A stretch of 64,000 bases of DNA from Mycobacterium sp. (GCA_018882965.1 VEQY01000016.1:308-64307), one strand, 5' to 3'. Counted from the stretch's first letter, positions 34,477-45,733 are shown. Notes: generated from the letters alone by a model not told the origin. Translations and numbers: made by a program.

Positions 34477-36027
34477 ATGAGCGTCCTGACCGATGACCGC
34501 GTCGCGACCGAGCGCGAGGTGCCCGTCATCAGCCCCGGTCCGCTCGCGCCGGCCCCGGACTTCGGGCCGGCCGACCGCCTCGCGGGCTGGGCGGCCACCG
34601 CCGTGGTGTGCGCGCTGGCGGCGGTGACCCGGTTTCTGAACCTGGGCTCACCGACCGACAACGGCACGCCGCTGTTCGACGAGAAGCACTACGCGCCGCA
34701 GGCCTGGCAGGTGCTGCACAACTTCGGGGTGGAGGACAACCCCGGCTACGGGCTGGTGGTGCATCCGCCGCTGGGCAAGCAGCTGATCGCCGCCGGGGAG
34801 GCACTGTTCGGCTACAGCGGACTGGGCTGGCGGTTCACCGGCGCGGTCTTCGGGGTGATCCTGGTGGCGCTGGTGGTGCGCATCGTGCGGCGCATCAGCC
34901 GCTCGACGATCACCGGCGCCATCGCGGGGCTGCTGATCGTGGCCGACGGCGTCAGCTTCGTGGCGGCGCGGACCGCTCTGCTGGACGGCTTCCTGACCGT
35001 CTTCGTCGTCGCGGCATTCGGCGCGCTGATGGTCGACCGCGATCAGGTCCGCCAGCGACTCGACCTGGTGCTGGCGGAGGGCCGCATCGCCGACACCCCC
35101 TGGGGCCCGAGGCTGGGCGTGCGGTGGTGGCGGTTCGGCGCCGGGGTTCTGCTGGGACTGGCCTGCGCCACCAAGTGGTCCGGGCTGTACTTCGTGGTGT
35201 TCTTCGCGCTGATGTCACTGGGCCTCGACGTCGCCGCCCGGCGGGCCTACCGGGTGCCGCGGCCCTGGCTGGGGGTACTGCGGCGGGACACCGGCCCGGT
35301 CGCCTACGTGTTCGGGCTGATCCCGGTCGCGATCTACCTGCTGTCCTACGCGCCGTGGTTCGCCTCGGAGACCGCGATCAACCGCTACGAGGCCGGCCAG
35401 GCCATCGGCGAGCGGCAGTGGTTCCAGCCGCCCGACGCGCTGCGCTCACTGTGGCACTACACCTACAAGGCCTATCACTTCCACTCCACGCTGACGAATT
35501 CCGCGGGCAACCACCATCCGTGGGAGTCCAAGCCGTGGACATGGCCGATGTCGCTGCGTCCGGTGCTCTACGCCATCGACGACGACAACGTACCCGGCTG
35601 CGGCGCGACCTCGTGCGTCAAGGCGATCATGCTCGTCGGCACCCCGGCGATGTGGTGGCTGGCCGTGCCGGTGCTGCTCTACTCCGCGTGGCGTGCGTTC
35701 GTGCGCGCCGACTGGCGCTACGCCGTCGTGCTGGTGGGCTACTGCGCGGGCTGGCTGCCGTGGTTCGCCGGACTCGACCGCCAGATGTACTTCTTCTACT
35801 CGGTGCCGATGGCGCCGTTCCTGGTGATGGCGATCGCGTTGATCCTGGGCGACATCCTCTACCAACCGACGCGCAACGCCGAGCGGCGCACGCTGGGTGT
35901 ACTCGTGGTGTGCGGATATCTGGCGCTGGTGATCACCAACTTCGCCTGGCTGTTCCCCATCCTCACCGGCCTGCCGATCTCCCAGTCGACCTGGAGCATG
36001 CAGATCTGGCTGCCCAGCTGGCGCTAA
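34477..36027 (+). CDS. pmt: Protein O-mannosyltransferase (Rv1002c homolog), probable leaderless start
   Basis: [33 protein letters not shown]; TACGAT 8 nt upstream of ATG. Confidence 0.95.
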   Translation: MSVLTDDRVATEREVPVISPGPLAPAPDFGPADRLAGWAATAVVCALAAVTRFLNLGSPTDNGTPLFDEKHYAPQAWQVLHNFGVEDNPGYGLVVHPPLGKQLIAAGEALFGYSGLGWRFTGAVFGVILVALVVRIVRRISRSTITGAIAGLLIVADGVSFVAARTALLDGFLTVFVVAAFGALMVDRDQVRQRLDLVLAEGRIADTPWGPRLGVRWWRFGAGVLLGLACATKWSGLYFVVFFALMSLGLDVAARRAYRVPRPWLGVLRRDTGPVAYVFGLIPVAIYLLSYAPWFASETAINRYEAGQAIGERQWFQPPDALRSLWHYTYKAYHFHSTLTNSAGNHHPWESKPWTWPMSLRPVLYAIDDDNVPGCGATSCVKAIMLVGTPAMWWLAVPVLLYSAWRAFVRADWRYAVVLVGYCAGWLPWFAGLDRQMYFFYSVPMAPFLVMAIALILGDILYQPTRNAERRTLGVLVVCGYLALVITNFAWLFPILTGLPISQSTWSMQIWLPSWR

Positions 36028-37229
36028 CCCGGATCCCGCGCGACCGGACACGACATGCAGCGCGGCCCGCCGCGCCCGGTGCCCAACTCCGAGGCAGCGA
36101 CCGTCAGCACCTCGATCCCGGCGTCGCGCAGCCGCGTGTTGGTCTCGGTGTTGCGCTCGTAGGCGACCACGACCCCGGGTGCTAGCGCGAGGGTGTTGTT
36201 GCCGTCGTCCCACTGCTCGCGCTCGGCGGTCACCGGATCCAGACCGGTGTCGATGACGCGCAGCCGCTCGATGCCCATCGCCTCGGCGGCCGCCCGCACG
36301 AACGGTGTCTCCTCGGAGATCCGGACTCCGTCGGCGGAGCGCCGCAGGGTGAACGCGGTAAGGGTGTCGGTGATGGCCGGGTACATCACCATGGCGTCGA
36401 CGTCGACCATGGTGCAGACGGTGTCCAGGTGCATCTGCGCGCGCTCCTGGGTGATGGGCACCGCGAGCACGGTGTGCGCCAGGTCGTCGTCGAAGAGGCT
36501 GCGCGCCAGTGCTTCCGCACCGGCCGCGGTGGTGCGCTCCCCCACCCCGACCGCCACCACACCGGGTGCCAGCAGCAGCACGTCACCGCCCTCGACCGGG
36601 GCGGTATGCGACTCGTAGGCCCGGCGGACTCCCAAGAAGCGCGGGTGGTGGGCGTAGATCAGGTCGGTCAGCGAGGTCTCCCGCGCTCGCGCCGGCAGCG
36701 CCAGCGAGGTGATCGCGAAGCGCGGGCCGATCCACACCGACGAGTCGCGGGTGAACATCAGGTTGGGCAGCGGCTCGATGACGAAGTCGCCGCCGTGATG
36801 CATACGGCGCACCAGCGACGGATCGTCGCGGGCGTCGGACGGCAGCTCGGTGAACGTCATCCCCGCGATCAGGATCGCCGCCAGCTCAGCGGGAGGTAGG
36901 CCGCGCAGATACGCCGAAAGCTCCTGCGCCAGAGGTACTCCCAGCCGGCGGGCGTCCACCGCAGCGGCGATGCCGTGCATCCGGGCAGCGCCGCTGCCGA
37001 GCGCCTCGACGAGCAGTTCGGCCAGCAGCAGCACCTCCACGCCGCGGGAGCGCAGCACGTCGGCGAATCCGTCATGCTCCTGCTGGGCCCGGGCGACCCA
37101 CGGCACGCCGTCGAAGAGCAGCGCGTCGTTGTTGCGCGGGGTGATCCGCTTCAGCTCGGCGCCCGGGCGGTGCAGGATGACCGTGCGCAGCGTGCCGACC
37201 TCCGAATCGACGCCAGGGGTGACCGTCAT
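36024..37229 (-). CDS. arcA: Arginine deiminase
   Basis: [35 protein letters not shown]; TACGGT 7 nt upstream of ATG. Confidence 0.97.
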   Translation of the reverse strand: MTVTPGVDSEVGTLRTVILHRPGAELKRITPRNNDALLFDGVPWVARAQQEHDGFADVLRSRGVEVLLLAELLVEALGSGAARMHGIAAAVDARRLGVPLAQELSAYLRGLPPAELAAILIAGMTFTELPSDARDDPSLVRRMHHGGDFVIEPLPNLMFTRDSSVWIGPRFAITSLALPARARETSLTDLIYAHHPRFLGVRRAYESHTAPVEGGDVLLLAPGVVAVGVGERTTAAGAEALARSLFDDDLAHTVLAVPITQERAQMHLDTVCTMVDVDAMVMYPAITDTLTAFTLRRSADGVRISEETPFVRAAAEAMGIERLRVIDTGLDPVTAEREQWDDGNNTLALAPGVVVAYERNTETNTRLRDAGIEVLTVAASELGTGRGGPRCMSCPVARDPG

Positions 37230-37262
37230 GTGCAGCACCGTATCGCTGCCTGCGTGGTCACC

Positions 37263-37910
37263 TCAGCGGCGCACAGCATTGACCCCGGCGATCAACAGGT
37301 CACGGGCGCGCTGGGTGTTGACCGGCACCACCGGCGCTCCGGGCACCACCAGCGGGTTGGCCGACACGATCACCTGGTAGACCCCGAAGTGCGCGGAGTA
37401 GCTGTAGAGCTCGCCGGTGCGCGGGGTGCCCTCGACCACCGTCTGCACCACCCGGTGCACACCGAGGGTCTGGGCGCCGTCGATCTCGGGCACCTGCACC
37501 TCCTCGACCGTCCCCCGCACCGTGGTCCCGGCGAAAGCGACTTGCGCGCAACCGGATTCGGGCTTCTCGACGGGTATCGGCGCGCTGGTCTCGACGGCGA
37601 AGACGATGAACCGGTTGCCCTCGCCCTCGGCGGACACCGCGGCCATGTTGCCCTCGGTGCCGGGCGGGACCTGCCGGGCAGTGGCCAGGCGCGCGCAGCC
37701 TGGCGGCTCGAAGCGCAGCCCGTCGGGCAGGGCCTGCCCGGAGAGCAACTCGGGGTCGATGCCGGTCGGGGCGACCTCGGTGACCGTGAACTGCGGGCCG
37801 AAGCTGGCCTTGACCGCCGCGATCCGGGCGATGTCGGCCTCCGGGTGCGGCCCGGCGCACCCGCTCAGCAGCACCACGCCCAGACCGCCGGCGAGCACCC
37901 TGGTCAGCAT
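37263..37910 (-). CDS. DUF5642-type lipoprotein (Rv0999 homolog)
   Basis: Lipobox LSGC; GNMAAVSAEGEGNRF, TLGVHRV; synteny. Confidence 0.85.
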   Translation of the reverse strand: MLTRVLAGGLGVVLLSGCAGPHPEADIARIAAVKASFGPQFTVTEVAPTGIDPELLSGQALPDGLRFEPPGCARLATARQVPPGTEGNMAAVSAEGEGNRFIVFAVETSAPIPVEKPESGCAQVAFAGTTVRGTVEEVQVPEIDGAQTLGVHRVVQTVVEGTPRTGELYSYSAHFGVYQVIVSANPLVVPGAPVVPVNTQRARDLLIAGVNAVRR

Positions 37911-37920
37911 CGCGATCACG

Positions 37921-38592
37921 CTACTCACCGGCCGCCGCCGACCCGCGCAGCGCCGCCACGGTGTCGGCCAGCAGTTCGGCGACGACGCGATCGTCCAGTG
38001 GTGGCTCGGCCGAGCCCGGGTCGGTGACCAGGACGGCGAAGGCCACATGCCCGTCGAGGAAGGCGAACGCCGCGGTGGCGTTGGAATCGGTGCGCGAGCC
38101 CGCCTCGACCACGGTGGTGGCCGGGGCCCGCCAGGCCAGGGTCTGCGCGCCTTCGATGACCGGTGGCGGGCTCTGGGTGACGGTGGCGCTGGTGTGCACG
38201 AACGTCATCGTCCACGTCGGGCACCCGGCGATCAGCCCGGGATCGGGCGGGGCCGGGACGGGTGCGGCCGCGACGAACACCGTCCCGCCCGGACCCGAGG
38301 CCGAGAGCCCGCGCGCGCCCGGGGCGGCCGGTGCGGGGTCGGCCAGCGCCGCGCAGCGCGGCGGGTCGGCGGCCCAGCCCGGCCCGAACCCGATCAGCGC
38401 GGCAGCGCTGATCGGACCGTCGAGCGCGGCGACCTCGTATCCGGCCGGCAGGGCGGAGCCGACGGTGACGATCGACGCGGGATCGACGCGTCCGACGCCC
38501 GGATCGCGAGGAGCCGGCGGCGCGGGTGACGTTCCGCAGCCGCCCAGCCATGCGATGCACAGCAGGGCGATCAGCGCGCGCCGGCTGCTCAG
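37921..38592 (-). CDS. Paralogous DUF5642-like lipoprotein; start uncertain (CTG 38592 or GTG 38640/38643)
   Basis: Signal SSRRALIALLCIAWLGGC; C..LA.P, CP.W and IEGAQTL segments resemble the adjacent gene. Confidence 0.7.
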   Translation of the reverse strand: MSSRRALIALLCIAWLGGCGTSPAPPAPRDPGVGRVDPASIVTVGSALPAGYEVAALDGPISAAALIGFGPGWAADPPRCAALADPAPAAPGARGLSASGPGGTVFVAAAPVPAPPDPGLIAGCPTWTMTFVHTSATVTQSPPPVIEGAQTLAWRAPATTVVEAGSRTDSNATAAFAFLDGHVAFAVLVTDPGSAEPPLDDRVVAELLADTVAALRGSAAAGE

Positions 38593-39065
38593 CGGTTGAG
38601 CCGCCAGATGTCGGTGGACATGACCGTGGCGAACCCGCACCACAGCGGGTAGGGCGCCAGGGCCGCGCCCAGCTTCGGGTCGGCCTGCCCGGCCCGCCGG
38701 GCCAGGTCTGCGCTGCTGACGGCGAGCACCCCCGCGGCCACCGCGGACACGCCCAGCCGGTGCTTGGCGAAGAACAGCCAGCTCCAACCGGCGTTGAGCG
38801 CCAGGTTGGCGCCCAGCGCGGCGACGTAGGCGCGGGCCTTGCCGTCCCGGCCCTCGGCGCGGAACCGGTTGATCGCCGCCGCCGAAGTGGCGGCGATATC
38901 GGCGTACAGCGCGGTCCACGCGATCGGGAAGACCGCGTTGGGCGGCACGTAGCGGGGTTTGCGGACGTCCTGGTACCAGTCCTGAACGCCGCCGCGGCTG
39001 GCGAGGCTGCCCGCCACCGCCGCCGCCGCGGTGGCCAGACCCGTACCGACGAGCACCCGTGCCAT
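38589..39065 (-). CDS. tspO: TspO/MBR family sensory membrane protein
   Basis: WYQDVRKPRYVPPNAVFPIAWTALY, LNAGWSWLFF, LAPYPLW. Confidence 0.93.
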   Translation of the reverse strand: MARVLVGTGLATAAAAVAGSLASRGGVQDWYQDVRKPRYVPPNAVFPIAWTALYADIAATSAAAINRFRAEGRDGKARAYVAALGANLALNAGWSWLFFAKHRLGVSAVAAGVLAVSSADLARRAGQADPKLGAALAPYPLWCGFATVMSTDIWRLNR

Positions 39066-39171
39066 GCCTCTAAGCTACCGCCGTTCTCGGTCGGTTCGAT
39101 TTCGGCGCGGCGCGCCACTAAGCTACCGTGCAGGGCTTCCGTGCAGGCGCCGGACAAGGAGATCCCCCACG

Positions 39172-39864
39172 ATGACGAACGCGATGAAGCCCGGGTCGGT
39201 CGCGGCCGCCATCGGGGTGTGCGCGGTGACGCTGGCCCTGGCGTTGACCGGATGCAGCAGCGCCACCAAGACCGCGACCGAGTCGGCCCCGCCCGCGACG
39301 ACCAGCCCGAGCCTGGTGGTGCCCGACCGGCCGACGGGCCCCAACATGACCATCGCCGACTACGTCGACGAGAACAAGATCGCCGAGACCCCGGTCAAGC
39401 AGGGCGATGCGGACTCCCCGAAGTTCGACTTCCCGATGCCCCCGGACTGGAGCGCGGCCGGCCCGCGCAAACCGGAGTGGGCCTATGGCGCCATCGTCTA
39501 CGACAAGGCCGAGAACAAGGCCGACCCGCCGTTCATGACCGCGATCGTCTCCAAGCTCACCGGCAACGTCGATCCGGCCAAGCTGCTCGAGTACGCGCCG
39601 GGTCTGCTGCAGAATCTGCCCGGCTACGAGCAGGACGGCGAGATTCAGAAGAGCACGCTCAGCGGGTTCGAGGCCATCCAGTTCCAGGCGTCCTACCTCG
39701 CCGGTGAGACCCGCCGCTACATCGCCCAGAAGACGGTCGTGATCCCGGCCAACGGCGGTGGCTTCTTCGTGCTGCAACTCAACGCCGACGCCCCGCTCGG
39801 ACAGGATCAGGTGATCATCGACGCGGCGAAGGTGATCAACGAGAAGACCGTCATCACCGTCTAG
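39172..39864 (+). CDS. LpqN/LpqT family lipoprotein
   Basis: AAGGAG RBS; lipobox LTGC; TIADY, SKLTGNVDPAKLLEYAPG. Confidence 0.88.
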   Translation: MTNAMKPGSVAAAIGVCAVTLALALTGCSSATKTATESAPPATTSPSLVVPDRPTGPNMTIADYVDENKIAETPVKQGDADSPKFDFPMPPDWSAAGPRKPEWAYGAIVYDKAENKADPPFMTAIVSKLTGNVDPAKLLEYAPGLLQNLPGYEQDGEIQKSTLSGFEAIQFQASYLAGETRRYIAQKTVVIPANGGGFFVLQLNADAPLGQDQVIIDAAKVINEKTVITV

Positions 39865-40850
39865 CAGACCGCGCGCATCACCTGGCGGGTCATGCACCGG
39901 ATGCGATCGGCCATCTCGGCGTCGATGCGCTCCGGTTCGCCGACGTCGAACACCGTCGTCACCACACCGGGCTCGTCGTGCTCCCACTCGCCGTCGAACC
40001 GGTCGAGGATCGCGCGCATGGGGGCGTTGTCGGCCAGCAGGCGGGCGGTGAACCGGCGCACGCCACCGACCTGGGCGGCCACGATCAGCGCGTCCATGAG
40101 GAAGCTTCCGATCCCCCGGCCCTGGTAGTCGTCGGCGACGATGAAGGCCACCTCGGCCACCGCCGGGTCCTCGTCGCTGCGGACGTACCGCGCGTCGGCG
40201 ACCACCGGCCCGTTCTCGCCGGCGGCGAGCACCCACACGAAGTGATCGACGTAGTCGACGTGGAAGAGGTAGTCCATCAGTGCGGCCGTGGGCGCGCGGG
40301 TGGACATGAACCGCCGGTAGAGCGTCTCCTGGGAGAAGTCCACCGCCGGGTGGGTCGAGCGGGCGCTGTCCCCGGGCAGCACCGGGCGCAGCAGCAGCAC
40401 GGTGTCCTCGGGAAAGTCGACCGTGATCGGGGTGATGAAGGCGGCCAGGCGCTGGCGGGCGGTGCGGACCAGTCGCTCGCCGACCCCGGGCAGGTCGGCC
40501 ATCGCGGCGAAGGCGGCCGCGTCGCCGGAATACCCCGACAGCGCGTCGGTGGCGGTGACGGTGGCCGAGCGGGGCTTGTCGCGCAGCAGCGCGATCTCCC
40601 CGACGATGGCGCCCGCGCCGACCACCTCGGTCACCGGCGGCCCGTCCTCGCCGACGTGGCGGACCTCCGCGGCCCCGGATCGGATCAGGATGAACGATTC
40701 CGCGCGCTCACCCTCGCGCATCAACACCTGCCCCGCCTCCGCGGAGAGCGCGTGCAGTCTTTCGGCCAGCGGGGCCAGCTGCCCGGCGGGAAGGTCTTCG
40801 AAGATCTCCATCGCGGCCAGGCCGGCCGCCGACACCTCTGAACCCGTCAC
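39861..40850 (-). CDS. pat: cAMP-regulated protein lysine acetyltransferase (cNMP-binding + GNAT; Rv0998 homolog)
   Basis: GEIALLRDKPRSATV and EVAFIVADDYQGRGIGS; GTGA overlap with the upstream oxidoreductase. Confidence 0.93.
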   Translation of the reverse strand: MTGSEVSAAGLAAMEIFEDLPAGQLAPLAERLHALSAEAGQVLMREGERAESFILIRSGAAEVRHVGEDGPPVTEVVGAGAIVGEIALLRDKPRSATVTATDALSGYSGDAAAFAAMADLPGVGERLVRTARQRLAAFITPITVDFPEDTVLLLRPVLPGDSARSTHPAVDFSQETLYRRFMSTRAPTAALMDYLFHVDYVDHFVWVLAAGENGPVVADARYVRSDEDPAVAEVAFIVADDYQGRGIGSFLMDALIVAAQVGGVRRFTARLLADNAPMRAILDRFDGEWEHDEPGVVTTVFDVGEPERIDAEMADRIRCMTRQVMRAVC

Positions 40851-41884
40851 GACGCCAGCAGGTTGACGATGCCGCGGAACGCGCCGGGCAGCGCGCTGGC
40901 GGCCGGCACGATCATCGAGCGCGCGGGGGCGAAACCGCTGGCGTGCAGCAGTCCCGCGGTCAGCGCGCGGTAGCGCCGCGACATCCGCCGCCACTGCCGG
41001 TCGTAGTCGCCCGGATCGCCGGCGAGCACGGAATCCACCACCAGCTCGGCGGCGCCGAACGCGATGCCCAGACCCTCGCCGGTCAAGGCGTCGACGTAGC
41101 CGGCGGCGTCGCCCACGAGCATCACCCGCCCGCAGACCCGCCCGGCCACCCGCTGACGCAGCGGCCCGGCCGCCCGGTCGCTGCCGTGCTCGCACCCGAC
41201 CAGCCGGTCCGCCAGTGCCGGGAAGGCGGCGAGTTGCTCCTCGAAACCGCCCTGGCGGGAGGTCAGGATCGCCACCCCCACACAGTCGTCGGCGACCGGG
41301 GTCACGTAGGCCTCACCGACCTCGGACTCACGCGCCCAGTACACCTCCACCCGGTCGTTCCACGGCGCGATTCGATAGTGCCGCCGGATGCCCCAGCGCC
41401 GGCGACCGGTTGCGGCCCGGTCCAGTCCCAGAGCACGTCGGATCGGGGAGTGCAGGCCGTCGGCGGCGGCAAGGTAGCGTCCCCGAAGCTCACCGCAGCG
41501 CACCGCGGAAGCGTCCTGGCTGACCTCGCCGACATCGGCGCGGACGATGCGGGCTCCGGCGTCGAGCGCGGCGGCGTGCAGCGCCTCGTGCAGGACGGTG
41601 CGCCGCACGCCCATCCCCCACCCGCTGCGGAAGTCGGCGTCGACCCGCCGCGTCTGGTCCAAGTAGCTGATCCCACGAAACGGCTTGCCCTGCAGCGGAA
41701 TACCGAGCTCGGTCAGCTGAGCCACGGTGTGCGGCATCAAGCCCTCGCCGCAGGCCTTGTCGATCGGGCCGCGCCTACGGTCCACCACGGTGACGTCCAG
41801 GCCCGCGCGGGCGGCATGCACCGCGGTCACCAGACCGGCCGGGCCCGCACCGGCGACGATCAGGTCGATCATGGCGCCGCTCAT
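40847..41884 (-). CDS. NAD(P)/FAD-dependent oxidoreductase (SrsC-like)
   Basis: GAGPAG, DKACGEGLMP, LAAADG, LVGDAAGYVDALTGEG. Confidence 0.9.
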   Translation of the reverse strand: MSGAMIDLIVAGAGPAGLVTAVHAARAGLDVTVVDRRRGPIDKACGEGLMPHTVAQLTELGIPLQGKPFRGISYLDQTRRVDADFRSGWGMGVRRTVLHEALHAAALDAGARIVRADVGEVSQDASAVRCGELRGRYLAAADGLHSPIRRALGLDRAATGRRRWGIRRHYRIAPWNDRVEVYWARESEVGEAYVTPVADDCVGVAILTSRQGGFEEQLAAFPALADRLVGCEHGSDRAAGPLRQRVAGRVCGRVMLVGDAAGYVDALTGEGLGIAFGAAELVVDSVLAGDPGDYDRQWRRMSRRYRALTAGLLHASGFAPARSMIVPAASALPGAFRGIVNLLAS

Positions 41885-42390
41885 GCGAGCGCCTTCAGTG
41901 CGGTGTTCTCGGTGCGGATCCGGGTCCGCAGCAGGACCGCGTTGAGCACGGTGAACACCAGCGCGGTGAGCCACGCCGAATGCACCAGCGGCAGCGCGAT
42001 GCCCTCCGCGACGACCGCGACGTAGTTGGGGTGCGCGAAGAACCGGTAGGGGCCGTCGTCGACGCGTGACGCCCCGGGGACCACCACCACGCGGGTGTTC
42101 CACTGCCGGCCCAGGGTGGCCACACACCACCATCGCAGCGCCTGGGCGGCGGCCACGACCGCCAGCATCGACCAGCCCAGCACCGGCAGGAACGGGCGGT
42201 GGAAGACGATCACCTCGAGCAGGCAGGCGGCCAGCAGCGCGGTGTGCAACACGACCATCGCCGGATAGTGTCCGGCGCCGAACTCGACACCGCCGCGCGC
42301 CCGGCTCCAGGCCAGATTGCGCCGGGACACCACGAGTTCGGCGACCCGCTCGGCGGCGATCGCCGCCAACAGCAGCGCATACCAGACCAT
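41881..42390 (-). CDS. Isoprenylcysteine carboxyl methyltransferase-family protein (SrsB-like)
   Basis: EFGAGHYPAMV, LGRQWNTRV, GPYRFFAHPNY. Confidence 0.92.
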   Translation of the reverse strand: MVWYALLLAAIAAERVAELVVSRRNLAWSRARGGVEFGAGHYPAMVVLHTALLAACLLEVIVFHRPFLPVLGWSMLAVVAAAQALRWWCVATLGRQWNTRVVVVPGASRVDDGPYRFFAHPNYVAVVAEGIALPLVHSAWLTALVFTVLNAVLLRTRIRTENTALKALA

Positions 42391-42403
42391 CAGCGAAAAC
42401 CGT

Positions 42404-43474
42404 TCAGCGCCAGCGCAGCAGGAGCAGCTCGGAGCAGAATCCGGGCCCCATCGCCATCATCACCGCGTTGCTGCCGGCGGGCGGGCCTTTAGCGATCGTG
42501 TCGCGCAGGATGTGCAGCACCGACGAGGAGGACATGTTGCCGACGTCGGCCAGCGAGCGCCAGGTGAGCTCCAGGGCGTCGGCAGGCAGATCCAGGCTCT
42601 CCTCGATGGCCTCGATCACCTTCGGCCCGCCCGGGTGGCTGACCCACACGTCGACGTCGCCGATGCCCATGCCGTGCGCGTCGAGCAGCCCGGTGACGTC
42701 GTCGGGCAGGTAGCGACGCACCACGTCGGGCACATCGGGCGAGAGCACCAGCCGCAGCCCCGACGCGTCGACGTCCCAGCCCATGGTGCGCTGGGAATCC
42801 GGGTAGAGGTGGCTGCGGGTGTCGATCACCTCGGGTCCGGCGGCGCCGATCCGCTCGGCGCGACGCTCGCCGGTGGCGACCACCGCGGCCGCACCATCAC
42901 CGAACAGCGCGCTGCCGACCAGGCCGGCGACTTCGGGGCGCAGCGCGGGGAAGGTCAGCGAGCACAGTTCCACCGACACCAGCGCCGCGACCTCGTCGGG
43001 CGCCCCGCGCAGGTAGTCGTGCAGCCGGGCCACCCCGGCCGCGCCGGCCACGCAGCCCAGTCCGAACATCGGCACCCGGCGCACATCGGGCCGAAGACCC
43101 AGTCGCAGGGCGATACGGGCGTCGATCGAGGGCACCGCGATACCGGTCACCGTCGTCGACATGATGACGTCGACGTCGGTGGGCGCCAGTCCGGCCTCCT
43201 CGAGGGCGGCGGACAGCGCCTGACAGCCCAGATCGACGGCGTGTTCGATGTAGAGCTCGTTGGCCTCGCCGAAGTCGGTCAGCGACGGATAGCGCTCCAT
43301 CGGCAGCACCAGATGGCGGTAGTTGACCTTCGCCGAGCGGTGCAGGCTGCGCAGGATGTCCGCGCACCCGGCGAACACCGCGTCGGCGGCGAACGCCTCG
43401 GTGATCTCGGCCTGGGGGTAGCGGTACGGCGGGAGTGCGCCCTGCACACCCGCGATGACGCTGATCGGTGCCAC
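42404..43474 (-). CDS. Type III polyketide synthase (SrsA-like, alkylresorcinol/alkylpyrone type)
   Basis: Catalytic Cys (FGLGCVAG), His (SHPGGPKV), Asn (VGNMSS); LFGDGAAA; MGPGF. Confidence 0.95.
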   Translation of the reverse strand: MAPISVIAGVQGALPPYRYPQAEITEAFAADAVFAGCADILRSLHRSAKVNYRHLVLPMERYPSLTDFGEANELYIEHAVDLGCQALSAALEEAGLAPTDVDVIMSTTVTGIAVPSIDARIALRLGLRPDVRRVPMFGLGCVAGAAGVARLHDYLRGAPDEVAALVSVELCSLTFPALRPEVAGLVGSALFGDGAAAVVATGERRAERIGAAGPEVIDTRSHLYPDSQRTMGWDVDASGLRLVLSPDVPDVVRRYLPDDVTGLLDAHGMGIGDVDVWVSHPGGPKVIEAIEESLDLPADALELTWRSLADVGNMSSSSVLHILRDTIAKGPPAGSNAVMMAMGPGFCSELLLLRWR

Positions 43475-45709
43475 CTATCCAGTATGCCGTGCCGGCCCGG
43501 ATTCGCTTATTCCCAGCAAATTGTGCAGCTTGACCAGCGGCTTGGGCGCCCACCAGTTCCATCTGCCCATCACCTGCATGAATGCCGGCACCAGCACGAG
43601 GCGCACCAGGGTGGCGTCCATGAGCACGGCCAACGTCAGTCCCACGCCGAACATGCGCATCACCGCTACCTGCGCCGCGATCAGCCCGGCGAAGGTGATC
43701 GTCATGATCAGCGCCGCGGCGGTGATGACCCGCCCGGTGCGGGCCAGGCCCAGAGCCACACTCTCCTCGTGGTCGCCGTCGGTCTGCGGCGAGTCCAGCC
43801 AGAACTCGCGGATCCGCGCGACCAGGAACACTTCGTAGTCCATCGACAGCCCGAAGGCGATGCAGAACAGCAGCACCGGCATGTTGGACACCAGCGTCCC
43901 GGTGGGTGTGGTGCCCAGCGCTCCGAGGTGGCCCTCCTGGAAGATCCACACCATCGATCCGAACGCCGCGCTCAGCGACAGCAGGTTGAGGATGAGGGCT
44001 TTGACCGGCAGCACCACGCTGCCGGTGAGCAGGAACAGCAGCACCAGCATGATGACGGCGATCAGCCCGAGCGCAAGCGGCAGCCGGGACAGGATCGCAT
44101 CGACGCTGTCGCGGTTGGTCTGGGCCAGACCGGCGAACTGCACCGCCCGCCCGCCCGGCGGCTCGACCGCATGCAGCCGGTCGAGCAGGGTCTCCGATGC
44201 CGGGGAGAACAGCGGCAGGGTGTTGCCGACGGTGATCAGCGTGGAGCCGGCCTGCACGCCGGTGGCGGCCACCGGAGCGCCGACGACGACCCCGTTGACG
44301 AAGGTGCCGGCCGGAGTGGACACCGAGGTCACGTCGGGGACGGTCGACAGCGCCGCGCCGTAGCGGCCGACCTCGGCGGGGTCCAGTCCGACCGAGTCGG
44401 GGATGACGATCTGCACCTCCGAGTCGCTGTCGATGGCGAAGTCGGCTCGCAGCAGGTCCCCGACCTGATGCGCCGACGCCGAGGCGGGCAGCACCCGGTC
44501 GTCGGGGAAGCCGGGGCGCACGCCCAGAAACGGCAACCCGAGCACGATCAGCACCGCTACCGTCGTCACACCGATCGGTATGGCGCGCTTCATCACGAAC
44601 TCTGTCGAGCGGTACCAGAATTGCCGGTACACCGGCAGCGGGGCAGGATCGGGCCGGCCGAACAGGCGGCGCACCGCGCGGCGAACGTCCCACGAGTCGA
44701 GCCGATCACCGATCAGGATGATCGCCGAGGGCGTCACCAGAATCGCCGCCGCGGCGGCGAAGGCGACAGTGGCCACCCCGGCGTAGGCGAAGGACCGCAG
44801 GAAGCTCATCGGGAACACCACCATCGCGGCCATGGACAACGCGACGGTGACCGCGGAGAACAGCACGGTGCGCCCGGCGGTGACCATCATGGTGGTGACC
44901 GCCTGCGCCCGGGATCTGCCCTCGGCGAGCTCATCGCGAAAGCGGCTGACCATCAGCAGGGTGTAGTCGATGGCCAGCGCGAGTCCCATAGCGGTGGCCA
45001 GGTTCAGCGCGAAGATCGACACGTCGGTGAAGAAGGTCACCGTCCGCAGCACCGCCAGCGAGCCCAGGATCGCCATCACCCCGACCAGCACCGGCAGCGC
45101 CGCGGCGAACAGCCCGCCGAACACCCAGATCAGCACCACGAAACTGAGCGGCACCACGATCGCCTCCAGCAGCAGCAGGTCACGCTTGGACTGCTCGGTG
45201 ATCTGCAGGTTGACCATCGCCGTGCCGCCGGCACGCACCACGACTCCGTCGCGCTCCCCCACCAGCCGGTCGGTCAACTCCTTGGTGTAGGTCTGCTGCT
45301 CGCTTTCCGAACCGACGATGCCGGTCACGATGAGGCCCGACCGGCGGTCGGAGCTGATCAGCGCGTCGGCGGCCTGCGGCGGTGAGGTCCACGCGGATTG
45401 GATTCCGGCGACGTGTCCGGAGCGCGTGAGTTCGTCGACGATCTCACCGGCCACCGCGCGGGCCTGCGGGCCGTCGACGCTGTCGGGTGCGGTGACGACG
45501 AACACCAGCGGCACATCGCCCTGTCCGAACTTCTCGGTCAGGATCTTGGCCGCCCGCGACGACTCGGAGTGAGGGTCCTGAAAACCGCTGGGCGAGAGTT
45601 TCTCCGCCACCGGGATGCCGAACGCGCCGACGGCGATCGCGATGGCCACCGCCGTCAGGATCATCAGCCGCGGCGCGCCGATGGCGATGCGGGCGATCAG
45701 GGCGAGCAC
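43475..45709 (-). CDS. MmpL/RND lipid transporter, full-length MmpL13-like
   Basis: Two RND halves with GLALAIDY and FGLSMDYEVFL; N-terminus resembles MmpL13 as recalled; stop directly abuts the PKS start. Confidence 0.9.
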   Translation of the reverse strand: MLALIARIAIGAPRLMILTAVAIAIAVGAFGIPVAEKLSPSGFQDPHSESSRAAKILTEKFGQGDVPLVFVVTAPDSVDGPQARAVAGEIVDELTRSGHVAGIQSAWTSPPQAADALISSDRRSGLIVTGIVGSESEQQTYTKELTDRLVGERDGVVVRAGGTAMVNLQITEQSKRDLLLLEAIVVPLSFVVLIWVFGGLFAAALPVLVGVMAILGSLAVLRTVTFFTDVSIFALNLATAMGLALAIDYTLLMVSRFRDELAEGRSRAQAVTTMMVTAGRTVLFSAVTVALSMAAMVVFPMSFLRSFAYAGVATVAFAAAAAILVTPSAIILIGDRLDSWDVRRAVRRLFGRPDPAPLPVYRQFWYRSTEFVMKRAIPIGVTTVAVLIVLGLPFLGVRPGFPDDRVLPASASAHQVGDLLRADFAIDSDSEVQIVIPDSVGLDPAEVGRYGAALSTVPDVTSVSTPAGTFVNGVVVGAPVAATGVQAGSTLITVGNTLPLFSPASETLLDRLHAVEPPGGRAVQFAGLAQTNRDSVDAILSRLPLALGLIAVIMLVLLFLLTGSVVLPVKALILNLLSLSAAFGSMVWIFQEGHLGALGTTPTGTLVSNMPVLLFCIAFGLSMDYEVFLVARIREFWLDSPQTDGDHEESVALGLARTGRVITAAALIMTITFAGLIAAQVAVMRMFGVGLTLAVLMDATLVRLVLVPAFMQVMGRWNWWAPKPLVKLHNLLGISESGPARHTG

Positions 45710-45733
45710 GTCCGACCTTCCTCGGTCTGTTCG

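Noticed and set aside
42390-42409. TCAGCG direct repeat around 8 bp at the PKS/methyltransferase junction (possible insertion scar)
   Set aside because: A 6-bp repeat is within chance; needs ortholog alignment to be meaningful
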